Source: Candidatus Cloacimonadales bacterium (GTDB lineage: Bacteria; Cloacimonadota; Cloacimonadia; Cloacimonadales; JAFGVF01). From it: a DNA stretch of 64,000 bases. Every line of letters starts with the position of its first letter. Position 1 is the first letter of the stretch. A program made the position numbers and the translations under genes. The DNA is taken from contig OY759729.1 of assembly GCA_963662585.1 (NCBI GenBank), forward strand, positions 2,496,001 to 2,560,000, in the 5' to 3' direction. Positions 1 to 8,726 of the stretch are shown here, in pieces. The notes below the pieces were generated by a model. The model was not told the DNA's origin. It did not search any database and saw nothing but the letters and a program-made list of their open reading frames with translations.

Positions 1-642
1 AATTACCATAATCTTCTTTTCTTGGGCAAAATTAACCACCTGAATAATCTCTTCTTGACTATAAAATCCACCATAAAGGCTTCCATCCTGCTCTGTTCGA
101 ACTGAGGCTATTGTGGTGAGTTTGGGGTATTTAAAAGACTCGATTCTCCAACCTTGGTCATCACTCAGATGCCAATGAAAGCGATTCAACTTGAGTTCAG
201 CCATTCTTTCAAGCAGGACAAAAATCTCTTCAATAGGGAAGAAGTGTCTGCTCACATCTAGATGAATCCCACGCCAGGCATAGGCAGGATAATCCTCAAT
301 TATTAAGGGAAATAATCGGCCTTGATGAAAATAAAGAAGCTGTTTAAGAGTCTGAAGACCATAAAAGAGTCCTGTCTCTGAAGCAACTTCCAGCCTGATG
401 CGAGAATCTTCTATGACTAATTTATAGGACTCCAAAGAAGCTCCTGAACTTGGCAAAATTGCTACTTGCCACTCTTTACTGTCTTGCCTTACTTGAGGAA
501 CTTTGGTCAATTCTTGCCTAAAAAGGGCAATGAAAGAAGCTTGAGCTTCAAAAGAGCACTTGGATAGGGAAAAGTTGAAATAATCATCAGAAATTACTTG
601 AACTATGGCAGGATAAGGAATAAGGCTTTTTAACTTTTTCAT
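1..642 (-). CDS. GH20 beta-N-acetylhexosaminidase, 5' part (runs off the window; not in the ORF track)
   Basis: Manual translation from ATG at 642: MKKLKSLIPYP...IEDYPAYAWRGIHLDVSRHFF...KLNRFHWHLSDDQGWRIE, the GH20 signature; starts 7 nt after the GH38 stop. Confidence 0.93.
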   Translation of the reverse strand, partial: MKKLKSLIPYPAIVQVISDDYFNFSLSKCSFEAQASFIALFRQELTKVPQVRQDSKEWQVAILPSSGASLESYKLVIEDSRIRLEVASETGLFYGLQTLKQLLYFHQGRLFPLIIEDYPAYAWRGIHLDVSRHFFPIEEIFVLLERMAELKLNRFHWHLSDDQGWRIESFKYPKLTTIASVRTEQDGSLYGGFYSQEEIIQVVNFAQEKKIMVI

Positions 643-649
643 ACTATCT

Positions 650-3600
650 CTACTTAGGACTTAATTTTATAGTTTTAATTTCAAAAGGCTTAAATTCCAA
701 ATGGATACTCTTATTTTCTATTGCTAGCTCATGTTCATTCTCTTCTAACATATTGCATTCAAAAGCTTTACCGTAATTATCTGTAAAGAATAAGTCTGTT
801 TCTTGAGCAGAAGCTTTTGCTTCATAGATACGCAAAATTATATCATCACCTACTTCAGAAAACTTCACTGTCTGAAGAATTACACAGGCATTTGAAAGAC
901 TAAAGAGAGAAGATTCATTTACTTCTGGAATAAGATCACTCTCAATAATTACTAGCTTCTGATTAAGGGCGTGAGCCTGCTGGATTACATCACTATTGGC
1001 AAGACTTCCCTGATGAGGATAATAGGCATAAGTGAAGCTATGCTTGCCTAAATCGGCTTCTTTATCAACATCAGCAGGACTTCTCAATAGGTTAATCTCG
1101 AGACTATTATCTTGTACAGAGTGACCATATTTACAATCATTTAAGACTGCGAATCCATGATTGTTATCAGAAATATCTATGAAAGAATGGGCCAAAACCT
1201 CAAACTTAGCATAATCCCAAGATGTGTTCTTGTGAGTTGGTCGCTCTATTAAACCAAACTGAATTTCTGATGTAGCATTCATTGCTTTAATTGCGGGAGA
1301 AGCTCCTACCCTTAACATTTTATGTTCTTCATTCCAATCAACATTATTTTCAATCTCTATTAAAGTAGAATCTTTATAAATGGAAATAATTTGCTTAATC
1401 TCAGAATTACCTATACTCAGTCTTTGATAGATGCTATGTTTAAAATCATTGTTGGTAATTACTTGTCTCTCGATTACAGTTGGAATCTGCGGAGTAGTCT
1501 CGCGATAGAAATGGTTAATATCCCAAGCTCCCCAATTATTAGGTAAATCTTCCCATAGTTTTAAGGAATTTGCAGGACCAAGCAAGAGTTCTTTCTCAGC
1601 TATTTTATCCCAGATTGAGATGATTGCACCAATATCATCAAGTTTAACAATCAGTAATTCATTCTCAAGATCAAAATTGTTACTGATTAAAGGAGTTTCT
1701 TCTTGCTTAACTTCCTCTAATCTATAGACTTTATATCCCATAGAAGGAATTCTTGCCTCGAAATATAAGTTATTGTTCTGATATTGGCTAGGAATCTCAT
1801 CATCATTAGCATAAATTTTATATTCTTGCTCGGTAGGGAATTCAATAACTTGTGTTCTACTATGACTCAAGCTATTGATAATCAGAATGTTATTTGAATT
1901 ATTATCGTTCGTTAGCATCCCTGATGTTAAATTATGTTGAAGTAAATCAAGTTTATCTAAGTTCTTTTCAGAAAGAGCTTTTGCATCTTTATAAACCCAA
2001 GCTATCGATGAACCAGGAATAATATCATGGAATTGATTAAGTAAAATATCTTTCCAAATTTGCTGTAAGTATTGGTTGGTATTCTGATTTACTAAAACGC
2101 TCAAGAATTCAATAAGTTGCATCTTTTGTTCTAACATTCTATTATGTTTCTTCATCAAAGCTTGAGTAGTGTAAGTTCCCCTATGCAGTTCAAAGTAGAG
2201 TTCTCCCTGCCAAAGAGGAAGTTTATCTTTATCAAGTTTTTCTATTTTCTTGATGAAATCATGGGCTGATGAGAATTTAAACTTAGGCACTCCTTCTAAA
2301 TTTTGCTGTCTAATTCCTAATTCAATGTGCTCTTTAGAAGGTCCACCACCACCATCACCAATGCCATAGAGGTTAAGGAAATCATCTGATATATCAGCTT
2401 GAGCAAAGCGATTTTCTGATTCAATAAAGCTCTGAGGTAAATTACTGAAGTTGTAATCGTTAGTAGGAAGGAAGTGACATAGTACTTCTGAACCATCAAT
2501 TCCTTGCCATCGATAAGTGTGATGTGGGAAGGCATTTGTGTCATTCCAAGAGAGTTTCTGTGAGATAAAAGTATTTACCCCGCACTTTTTTAAAATCTGA
2601 GGAAGTGAACCTGTATAGCCAAAGCAGTCAGGTAACCATAAGTAATTTATTATTTTATTAAACTCTTCTTTAAAGAATCTTCTTCCGTAAATACACTGCC
2701 TAATAAGAGATTCTCCAGATGGAATATTGGTATCCATTTCCACCCAAGTAGCACCTTGACATTCCCATTGTAAGCTCTTAACTCTTTCTTTTATTTTTGC
2801 ATAAAGATGAGGATAATCTTCTTTAACAAATTGATATAATTGAGCTTGTGAAGCTCCAAAGATATATTCAGGATATTCTTCCATAAATCTTAAAGCTGTG
2901 GAGAAGGTTCTGCCACACTTTCTACGAGTCTCCCTAATAGGCCAGAGCCAGGCTACATCAATGTGAGCATGTCCGATAGACCAAGCTGTGAGAGAAGAGG
3001 CTTCAGCTGGAAGTGAGAGTAACTCGGTAGTGATTTCTAAGCAGGCATCTTTGTTTCTACCATCATTCCAGAGATTGCAGGCTTGATTCAAACCATAAAG
3101 AATTCTCTTCTTTCGTGGTTTTTTATCAGGTAAAGCTTCCCAAAGTGAGAAGAGAGTTCTGATATCCATCCAGAGTTCATAAGCTTGGGCATCAAAGACA
3201 ACTATATCAGCTTTTTCTAATTTATACTCTTTCTTATCTTCACCAAAAAGACCATTTGCTCCTGTCTCTATAAGTAACTCTATTTCTTCATTACCTTTAG
3301 AACTGTGGAATAGAGGCACAAAGTACTTTCCAGCTTGTAAATTCCAATCTATCTTATTAGTTAAACCTTGATGAGGAACTCCATCTACGAAGAGGCAAGC
3401 CTCACCTTGAACATCAAGCCAAGCACCAACAAAGGTATTAGTCATTATTGAAGGGACTTTTCCTGTGAATTTGAACCAACCACATCCCCAAAGATCAGCC
3501 CATTTCTCGCCAACTTCTATCTTCTTCCATTGGTAATTATTAATTTCAGAATGGGGAATAGGTTTCTCTGCATCATAGATATATTCCGCTTTTAGCTTGA

Positions 3601-3679
3601 TCGGCTGTGAATAGACAAGGTCCCCAACACGCTTAATCCAATGCTGGATTCTCTCTTTATAAATCTTTTCGTTTACCAT
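650..3679 (-). CDS. GH38 alpha-mannosidase
   Basis: GHAHIDVAWLWP, WLPDCFGY, GDGGGGP, ELHRGTYT and LNQFHDIIPGS motifs; 1009 aa. Confidence 0.95.
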   Translation of the reverse strand: MVNEKIYKERIQHWIKRVGDLVYSQPIKLKAEYIYDAEKPIPHSEINNYQWKKIEVGEKWADLWGCGWFKFTGKVPSIMTNTFVGAWLDVQGEACLFVDGVPHQGLTNKIDWNLQAGKYFVPLFHSSKGNEEIELLIETGANGLFGEDKKEYKLEKADIVVFDAQAYELWMDIRTLFSLWEALPDKKPRKKRILYGLNQACNLWNDGRNKDACLEITTELLSLPAEASSLTAWSIGHAHIDVAWLWPIRETRRKCGRTFSTALRFMEEYPEYIFGASQAQLYQFVKEDYPHLYAKIKERVKSLQWECQGATWVEMDTNIPSGESLIRQCIYGRRFFKEEFNKIINYLWLPDCFGYTGSLPQILKKCGVNTFISQKLSWNDTNAFPHHTYRWQGIDGSEVLCHFLPTNDYNFSNLPQSFIESENRFAQADISDDFLNLYGIGDGGGGPSKEHIELGIRQQNLEGVPKFKFSSAHDFIKKIEKLDKDKLPLWQGELYFELHRGTYTTQALMKKHNRMLEQKMQLIEFLSVLVNQNTNQYLQQIWKDILLNQFHDIIPGSSIAWVYKDAKALSEKNLDKLDLLQHNLTSGMLTNDNNSNNILIINSLSHSRTQVIEFPTEQEYKIYANDDEIPSQYQNNNLYFEARIPSMGYKVYRLEEVKQEETPLISNNFDLENELLIVKLDDIGAIISIWDKIAEKELLLGPANSLKLWEDLPNNWGAWDINHFYRETTPQIPTVIERQVITNNDFKHSIYQRLSIGNSEIKQIISIYKDSTLIEIENNVDWNEEHKMLRVGASPAIKAMNATSEIQFGLIERPTHKNTSWDYAKFEVLAHSFIDISDNNHGFAVLNDCKYGHSVQDNSLEINLLRSPADVDKEADLGKHSFTYAYYPHQGSLANSDVIQQAHALNQKLVIIESDLIPEVNESSLFSLSNACVILQTVKFSEVGDDIILRIYEAKASAQETDLFFTDNYGKAFECNMLEENEHELAIENKSIHLEFKPFEIKTIKLSPK

Positions 3680-3729
3680 AATTTATTTTCCTTAAAGTTT
3701 TGTTCTTTCATTGATCATTTCTTCTTCAA

Positions 3730-3885
3730 TGTCCAGTCCTAAATAATTTTACCGATTTTTAGCAATTATTATTTTCTCTATTAAACCCTTACAGGGTTAC
3801 ACGAATATTGGTTTGCCATACCCAGGGTCAATTTTTCTTCTAAAAATGAGACCCTGGGCTATCCTATTTTATCCTTTCAGGATCT
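3730..3885. repeat. Tripartite palindromic REP/MITE-like element (family B)
   Basis: ACCC-TTACA-GGGT, then CCCAGGGTC...GACCCTGGG (3821-3858), then ATCC-TTTCA-GGAT; homologous inverted copy at ~60020-60190. Confidence 0.7.
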
Positions 3886-3961
3886 TTTCTTCTGGTGAAA
3901 TTAGCCTGGGAAGGCCTAGCCTTTATGCAAAGACTACTAGATGTATTCATCTTTCTTCAAA

Positions 3962-3998
3962 TTTTTAATTCTCAATTCTCAATTCTCAATTTTTAATT
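3962..3998. repeat. Short heptamer tandem repeat (TTCTCAA)n
   Basis: ttttaa-ttctcaa-ttctcaa-ttctcaa-tttttaa, just downstream of the permease stop. Confidence 0.6.
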
Positions 3999-4004
3999 TA
4001 AGTC

Positions 4005-5873
4005 CTATTTCTCCATAGGAATAACAATCCCCTCGATAATTATATTCTGGAAGAAGATAAAGACTCCCAATGTTGGTAAGGCTGCGATAACTAAGGCTGC
4101 ATAACCAACTCCACTACTAGCTCTTTGCATTAGTTCATAGATATGAACCATTAAAGTCCACATTGATTGGTCCTGGCAAACTAAAAAAGCAAATAAGAAA
4201 TTTCTATAAGCGGCGTTGAAGGCTCCGAGAGCGATAACAGCCAAGATTGGTTTACTAAGATAGAGGGTGAATTGCCAAAATAATCTAAACTCACCAGCTC
4301 CATCTAAACTTGCGCTTTCATAAAGTTCTCTGGGGAGACTATCAAAGAATCCTTTGAGTAAGAAGATAAAGTAGCCATCAGCTGCTGCAGGTAGCACTAA
4401 AGCCCAGAAAGTATTTAATAGACTTAGATTCTTGAGCATGAGAAAGTTAGGTATTCCCATCACCATAGCCGGGAAAGCCATTGTAAGCATAAACAATAAG
4501 ATAATCTGATAGCTAAAGCGTGGTTTGAATCTACTTAAAGCATAAGCTGCCAGTGGATTAACCGTAATTGCCAAGAATATAGCAAGCATTACATAGATTG
4601 CAGTATTCTGTAATGAACGGGCATCAGATAACATCTGGTCAAGAGCCATGGCATAATTTCTCCACAAGAACTCTTTTCTAATAGCTGACTTCCTTTCTTC
4701 AAAGTTATAATAATCGATATTTTCTGTTGGGAAAGTAATATCTTTAAAAGAGGCGTAATTAGTATTTAATGTGCTGTTTAATTCATTAATAGTCTTAAAC
4801 TTATTTACTAAGAAGTCTCTAAATTCATTGGTAATACTATTAAGATAGAGGTGTTCAGGTAAGGCGACATTCTGGATAAAGTAAGCCAAGTCTTCTACCA
4901 TAGCTCCGCTATCTGGTATGGGATCAGGAATTGAGATATTGCTAAAATCTGTGAAATTACTTTTCCAGGTTTTATTCAAAGTTGTGATTTCATTATATTT
5001 CTCTGCTAACATATTTTGAAAATATTGCTCAGCTTCTAAACTAATGCCTAAGTGTCTGATATTAATCACTCTTTTGGTATAGTGAATCCATTTATCTCTC
5101 AAGAGGTCTCCAATTTCTGGAACACTCCTAGGAATAGGAATATCTGACCATTTTGAATAGTTGCTCCCATTTGCTTGGTTAAAGCTAGCTATATCATCGC
5201 CATATTCTGGAATCAATTCAGAATTAATAAAGGTGCCTTCAGGATTTACGAAGTAGCGCATCCAGAGAGGAGTCTCTTCTTTAAACTCCCTAAATCTCCC
5301 TAAATAACCTGTCTTAGAGCTAACAAAATTTCTTCGATAAATATCTTTCTCTTCTACTACGATTTCTTCCCAGCTTTGAGCTCCAGTATTATATTTTTGA
5401 TTAAATTCAATTAGACTATTATCATTCTCTTTTCTCAGTTCTTTGCGGAATATTCTCTGAGCATAAGGATAAATACCTCGGCCATAATGCTCAGCTACAT
5501 AGTAGTGGTAAGGTGAAGGGGGATTGGCAGTAAGGAATTTATTCCACTCTTGATAGATTTTCTGATTAGGTGAGTCAGGTAAAGACACTTCCGAGAAGGA
5601 TATCCAGCTTCCAGGATAATTATCCATCAATCTACTAGACTCTTCATTATATCGACTTTCAATATATTTTTTGTAGAGTGCTTCATCATTATAGATAAAG
5701 GCAGGAATTAGATGTAAACTCGTGCTATCAACATTGCTTTTAAAGGAGAAGGAAATCATCAAAAGGAAGGGATATATCATGGTTAAAGCACCAATAATCA
5801 AGACCAAATGAATCGAAGAATTAAGAATTCGTACTCTTATACTTTTTCTGCCAACTTTGCCAATTATACTCAT
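4005..5873 (-). CDS. Carbohydrate ABC permease (MalG-type) with a ~340-aa extracytoplasmic insertion of repeated GH42-like motifs
   Basis: N-terminal TM (IYPFLLMI); C-terminal TMs with EAA loop LPRELYESASLDGAGEFRLF; 622 aa versus about 280 aa for a typical MalG-type permease. Confidence 0.9.
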   Translation of the reverse strand: MSIIGKVGRKSIRVRILNSSIHLVLIIGALTMIYPFLLMISFSFKSNVDSTSLHLIPAFIYNDEALYKKYIESRYNEESSRLMDNYPGSWISFSEVSLPDSPNQKIYQEWNKFLTANPPSPYHYYVAEHYGRGIYPYAQRIFRKELRKENDNSLIEFNQKYNTGAQSWEEIVVEEKDIYRRNFVSSKTGYLGRFREFKEETPLWMRYFVNPEGTFINSELIPEYGDDIASFNQANGSNYSKWSDIPIPRSVPEIGDLLRDKWIHYTKRVINIRHLGISLEAEQYFQNMLAEKYNEITTLNKTWKSNFTDFSNISIPDPIPDSGAMVEDLAYFIQNVALPEHLYLNSITNEFRDFLVNKFKTINELNSTLNTNYASFKDITFPTENIDYYNFEERKSAIRKEFLWRNYAMALDQMLSDARSLQNTAIYVMLAIFLAITVNPLAAYALSRFKPRFSYQIILLFMLTMAFPAMVMGIPNFLMLKNLSLLNTFWALVLPAAADGYFIFLLKGFFDSLPRELYESASLDGAGEFRLFWQFTLYLSKPILAVIALGAFNAAYRNFLFAFLVCQDQSMWTLMVHIYELMQRASSGVGYAALVIAALPTLGVFIFFQNIIIEGIVIPMEK

Positions 5874-8335
5874 TTATCATCTCCTTTTGCTGTTCTGAAC
5901 TCCATTTTGGAGATATATTTTATCTGTAGAATCGTAAATCCCATCATCAATAAACTTAGCAACCAGGCCATAGTAGTAGCGAGTCCAAACTTGAGGTAGA
6001 GATAAGCTTTTTCAAAGATTAGCAGGTCTGCAACCCGGGTTGCTTCATTAGGACCTCCAAAAGTCATAATTAAGATGAAATCACTTGATTGGGCTGCGAT
6101 AATAAAGGCTGCAATAAACTGGATTATTATTAAACCTTTAAGACTAGGTAGCACGATGTGCCAAACTTTAGCAAAGAAACCTGCTCCATCAATATCTGCT
6201 GCTTCATACATATCATTAGGAATATTCTTCAAGGCAGCCAAATATATCAAGCTACCAGGACCCATTCCTGCCCATATTCCTGGCAGAACTACACACAACA
6301 TAGCTATTGATTCATCACGAATCCACATACTTTTTGGTAAGCCAATTGACATTAATATTTGATTCAATACTCCACTATCACTAGGTGAATAGAGAAGTTT
6401 CCATAGATAGATAACAATAACCCCACTGATTACAGCTGGCAAGTAATAAATTACTCGATAGAAGAGCTTGCCATGGGAAACTTCCTGTAACAGAATTGCT
6501 AAAATAATTGGTGGAAAGAAGCCTAAACCTAAGCTTAATGACATATAATAGAGAGTTCTTCCTACTGATGCCCACCATGTAGGGTCAAATAGCACTTCAG
6601 CCAGATTGCCTACTCCGATAAATTGACTATCTCCTACTAATTTAAAGTCTTGCACTGCCATTAAAGATCCTGATATCATTGGAATATATTTCCACATAAG
6701 AATACTTATCACGGCAGGAGCTAGTAGAATAGTTATATAAAATAGATATTTATTGTTTTTCTTAGTCCTTACACTCGCTTCAGGAGTTAAGATTTTCCAA
6801 ACTCTCCACAGAGTAAAAGCAAAAGTAAGTATAATTAAAGCTGCAATAATGCCAGCAATTCTCTCCCTTTTTATCTTAACTTCTTCAGGTATAGTTCCAA
6901 TCATCTCTTCATTAGTTCTTTGCTCTGCTTCTTTTAAAACACTAAAAATTGCTTTTCTTCTCTCTTCTTTCGAGACTCCTAAAGAACCATTTAAATCAAG
7001 TTTTATCAACTCATCTAAAGGATAAGTCATAAATTCATAGACTTTTTGGCAATTGTCTCCATAAGGTTCAGGTGTTCCTTCCCTCATAGCAGTTTGAAAA
7101 GTTTCTAACCAACCTGCAGGAGCATATCTTAAATACTCTTCATAACCATATCTTTTAAGAAAAACAGGATTCTGCATCCGACCATAACCATTTTCAATCA
7201 TTATTTTCAAACGAATTTGTCTTGCTTCCTCGCTATCGTAAAACTTAATATATTTCCAAGCTGCCTCTCGAACTTCCTTTGGGTCTCTATCTCCTAATCC
7301 AGCATTATTACTTATCCCTGCTTCTGAGAATATTCCCATCATCCGACAATTTATTTCACTGCCACCCTTTCCAGATGGACCAGCAGGACTTGGAGCAAAT
7401 CCGTAAAGATTAGGATCGTATTCTCCTGACATATTTTGTTGGGAAAGATAGTCCATTCTCATACCTATTTTCCCATCTTTCCACATATAACCCCAATCAC
7501 CCTCTCTAATAGCAAAACCATTTTGTCTTCTTCCATTTGCATCTTCCCACTCGGAAGTAGTTAGCTCTAAATAGAATTCCATTGCGGTAACTCCGGCTTG
7601 ACTGGCAAAAGTGGCTTCCCAAAGCTCTTTTTCTTGATCATATTGAACCGCATCTCCACCAGCAGCCCATAAGAAAGGTAACCAATCATAAGCTGCTTGA
7701 GGTCCACTTGCTAAGATTGTACCGTAGTTGCCATTTCCAGGATCACTTAAAATCTGAGCATATTCCTTAAATTCTTGCCAATTCCTAGGTGCTTGATTAG
7801 GATCCAAACCTGCACGCTTGAATACATCTTTACGATACATTAAGACTCTAACTAGTGTTTCATAAGGAAGCATCCACACTTTCTCTTCAGAATCACCCTT
7901 CTTCTTTCTCTTTATCACTTGCCATACAGGTTTTTCTACCCTTAAATCGAAAACCTCAGATTCCTCTCTTGCCATGAATTCATCTAAGGGATATAAGAAA
8001 TTATTCTGGATATAAGTATCACTTTGTCGGAAATTAACATACATAATATCGGGAGCAACACCACCTGCAATAGCCATCAAGGGACCTGAATCTAAGTCCA
8101 TCCCATCAATTTTGATGCCAGAAAATGAGCGTAGCTCTATATCAGGATATTTCTTTTTGAAGGCTTCAATAACTGCAATATTTGCTTTGGTATAAGCATC
8201 TGTCTTGCGTGGATCAGGTAACTCAAAAACTTTTATGACAATCGGTTCAGCTCCAACAAGGGAAATATCAAAGACTAAGTTAAAAATATTTAATAAACAA
8301 AAGAAAAATAGAACTATTTTAATATATCTCATCAC
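5870..8335 (-). CDS. Extracellular solute-binding protein fused to a MalF-type carbohydrate ABC permease
   Basis: Signal peptide; SBP family 1 motifs (AIAGGVAPDI, YRKDVFKRAGLDP, PRNWQEF); C-terminal TMs with EAA loop IPNDMYEAADIDGAG; overlaps the next gene by 4 nt. Confidence 0.9.
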   Translation of the reverse strand: MMRYIKIVLFFFCLLNIFNLVFDISLVGAEPIVIKVFELPDPRKTDAYTKANIAVIEAFKKKYPDIELRSFSGIKIDGMDLDSGPLMAIAGGVAPDIMYVNFRQSDTYIQNNFLYPLDEFMAREESEVFDLRVEKPVWQVIKRKKKGDSEEKVWMLPYETLVRVLMYRKDVFKRAGLDPNQAPRNWQEFKEYAQILSDPGNGNYGTILASGPQAAYDWLPFLWAAGGDAVQYDQEKELWEATFASQAGVTAMEFYLELTTSEWEDANGRRQNGFAIREGDWGYMWKDGKIGMRMDYLSQQNMSGEYDPNLYGFAPSPAGPSGKGGSEINCRMMGIFSEAGISNNAGLGDRDPKEVREAAWKYIKFYDSEEARQIRLKIMIENGYGRMQNPVFLKRYGYEEYLRYAPAGWLETFQTAMREGTPEPYGDNCQKVYEFMTYPLDELIKLDLNGSLGVSKEERRKAIFSVLKEAEQRTNEEMIGTIPEEVKIKRERIAGIIAALIILTFAFTLWRVWKILTPEASVRTKKNNKYLFYITILLAPAVISILMWKYIPMISGSLMAVQDFKLVGDSQFIGVGNLAEVLFDPTWWASVGRTLYYMSLSLGLGFFPPIILAILLQEVSHGKLFYRVIYYLPAVISGVIVIYLWKLLYSPSDSGVLNQILMSIGLPKSMWIRDESIAMLCVVLPGIWAGMGPGSLIYLAALKNIPNDMYEAADIDGAGFFAKVWHIVLPSLKGLIIIQFIAAFIIAAQSSDFILIMTFGGPNEATRVADLLIFEKAYLYLKFGLATTMAWLLSLLMMGFTILQIKYISKMEFRTAKGDDK

Positions 8336-8669
8336 ACCTCATAGTTATTATATTTGGGATTTTTTACTTATCACAAATTTACCTTTCAAATTCTGTTCCA
8401 AGAAATAGAATAATTTTCTTAAGTGTCAAGTTTATCATAAAAATATATTTATTGAATATGACAATTACTCTATTTGTTTGGCAAATATCCTTTCACTTGC
8501 GATGATTTTTCCTTGCTTTCTAACTGCTAATCAACTGTCATCTTAAAAGATTTTCGAAGAATATTCGATGTTAGTGAGAAGGACTAGTAGTGGAGCATTT
8601 TCTGTTAGTAGGAAAAGGAGCTAGTAGGATAAGCATAAAAAAAATAAGTAAGGTTTTTTTTATAATTTC

Positions 8670-8697
8670 TTGACTGAAAAATTATAATGATTATAAA
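8670..8697 (+). promoter_or_regulatory. Sigma70-like promoter overlapped by a perfect PerR-type box
   Basis: TTGACT at 8670, TATAAA at 8692; TTATAATGATTATAA at 8682-8696 matches the TTATAATnATTATAA consensus. Confidence 0.55.
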
Positions 8698-8726
8698 TGG
8701 GTAAAATATTATATATAGGAGTTTAA

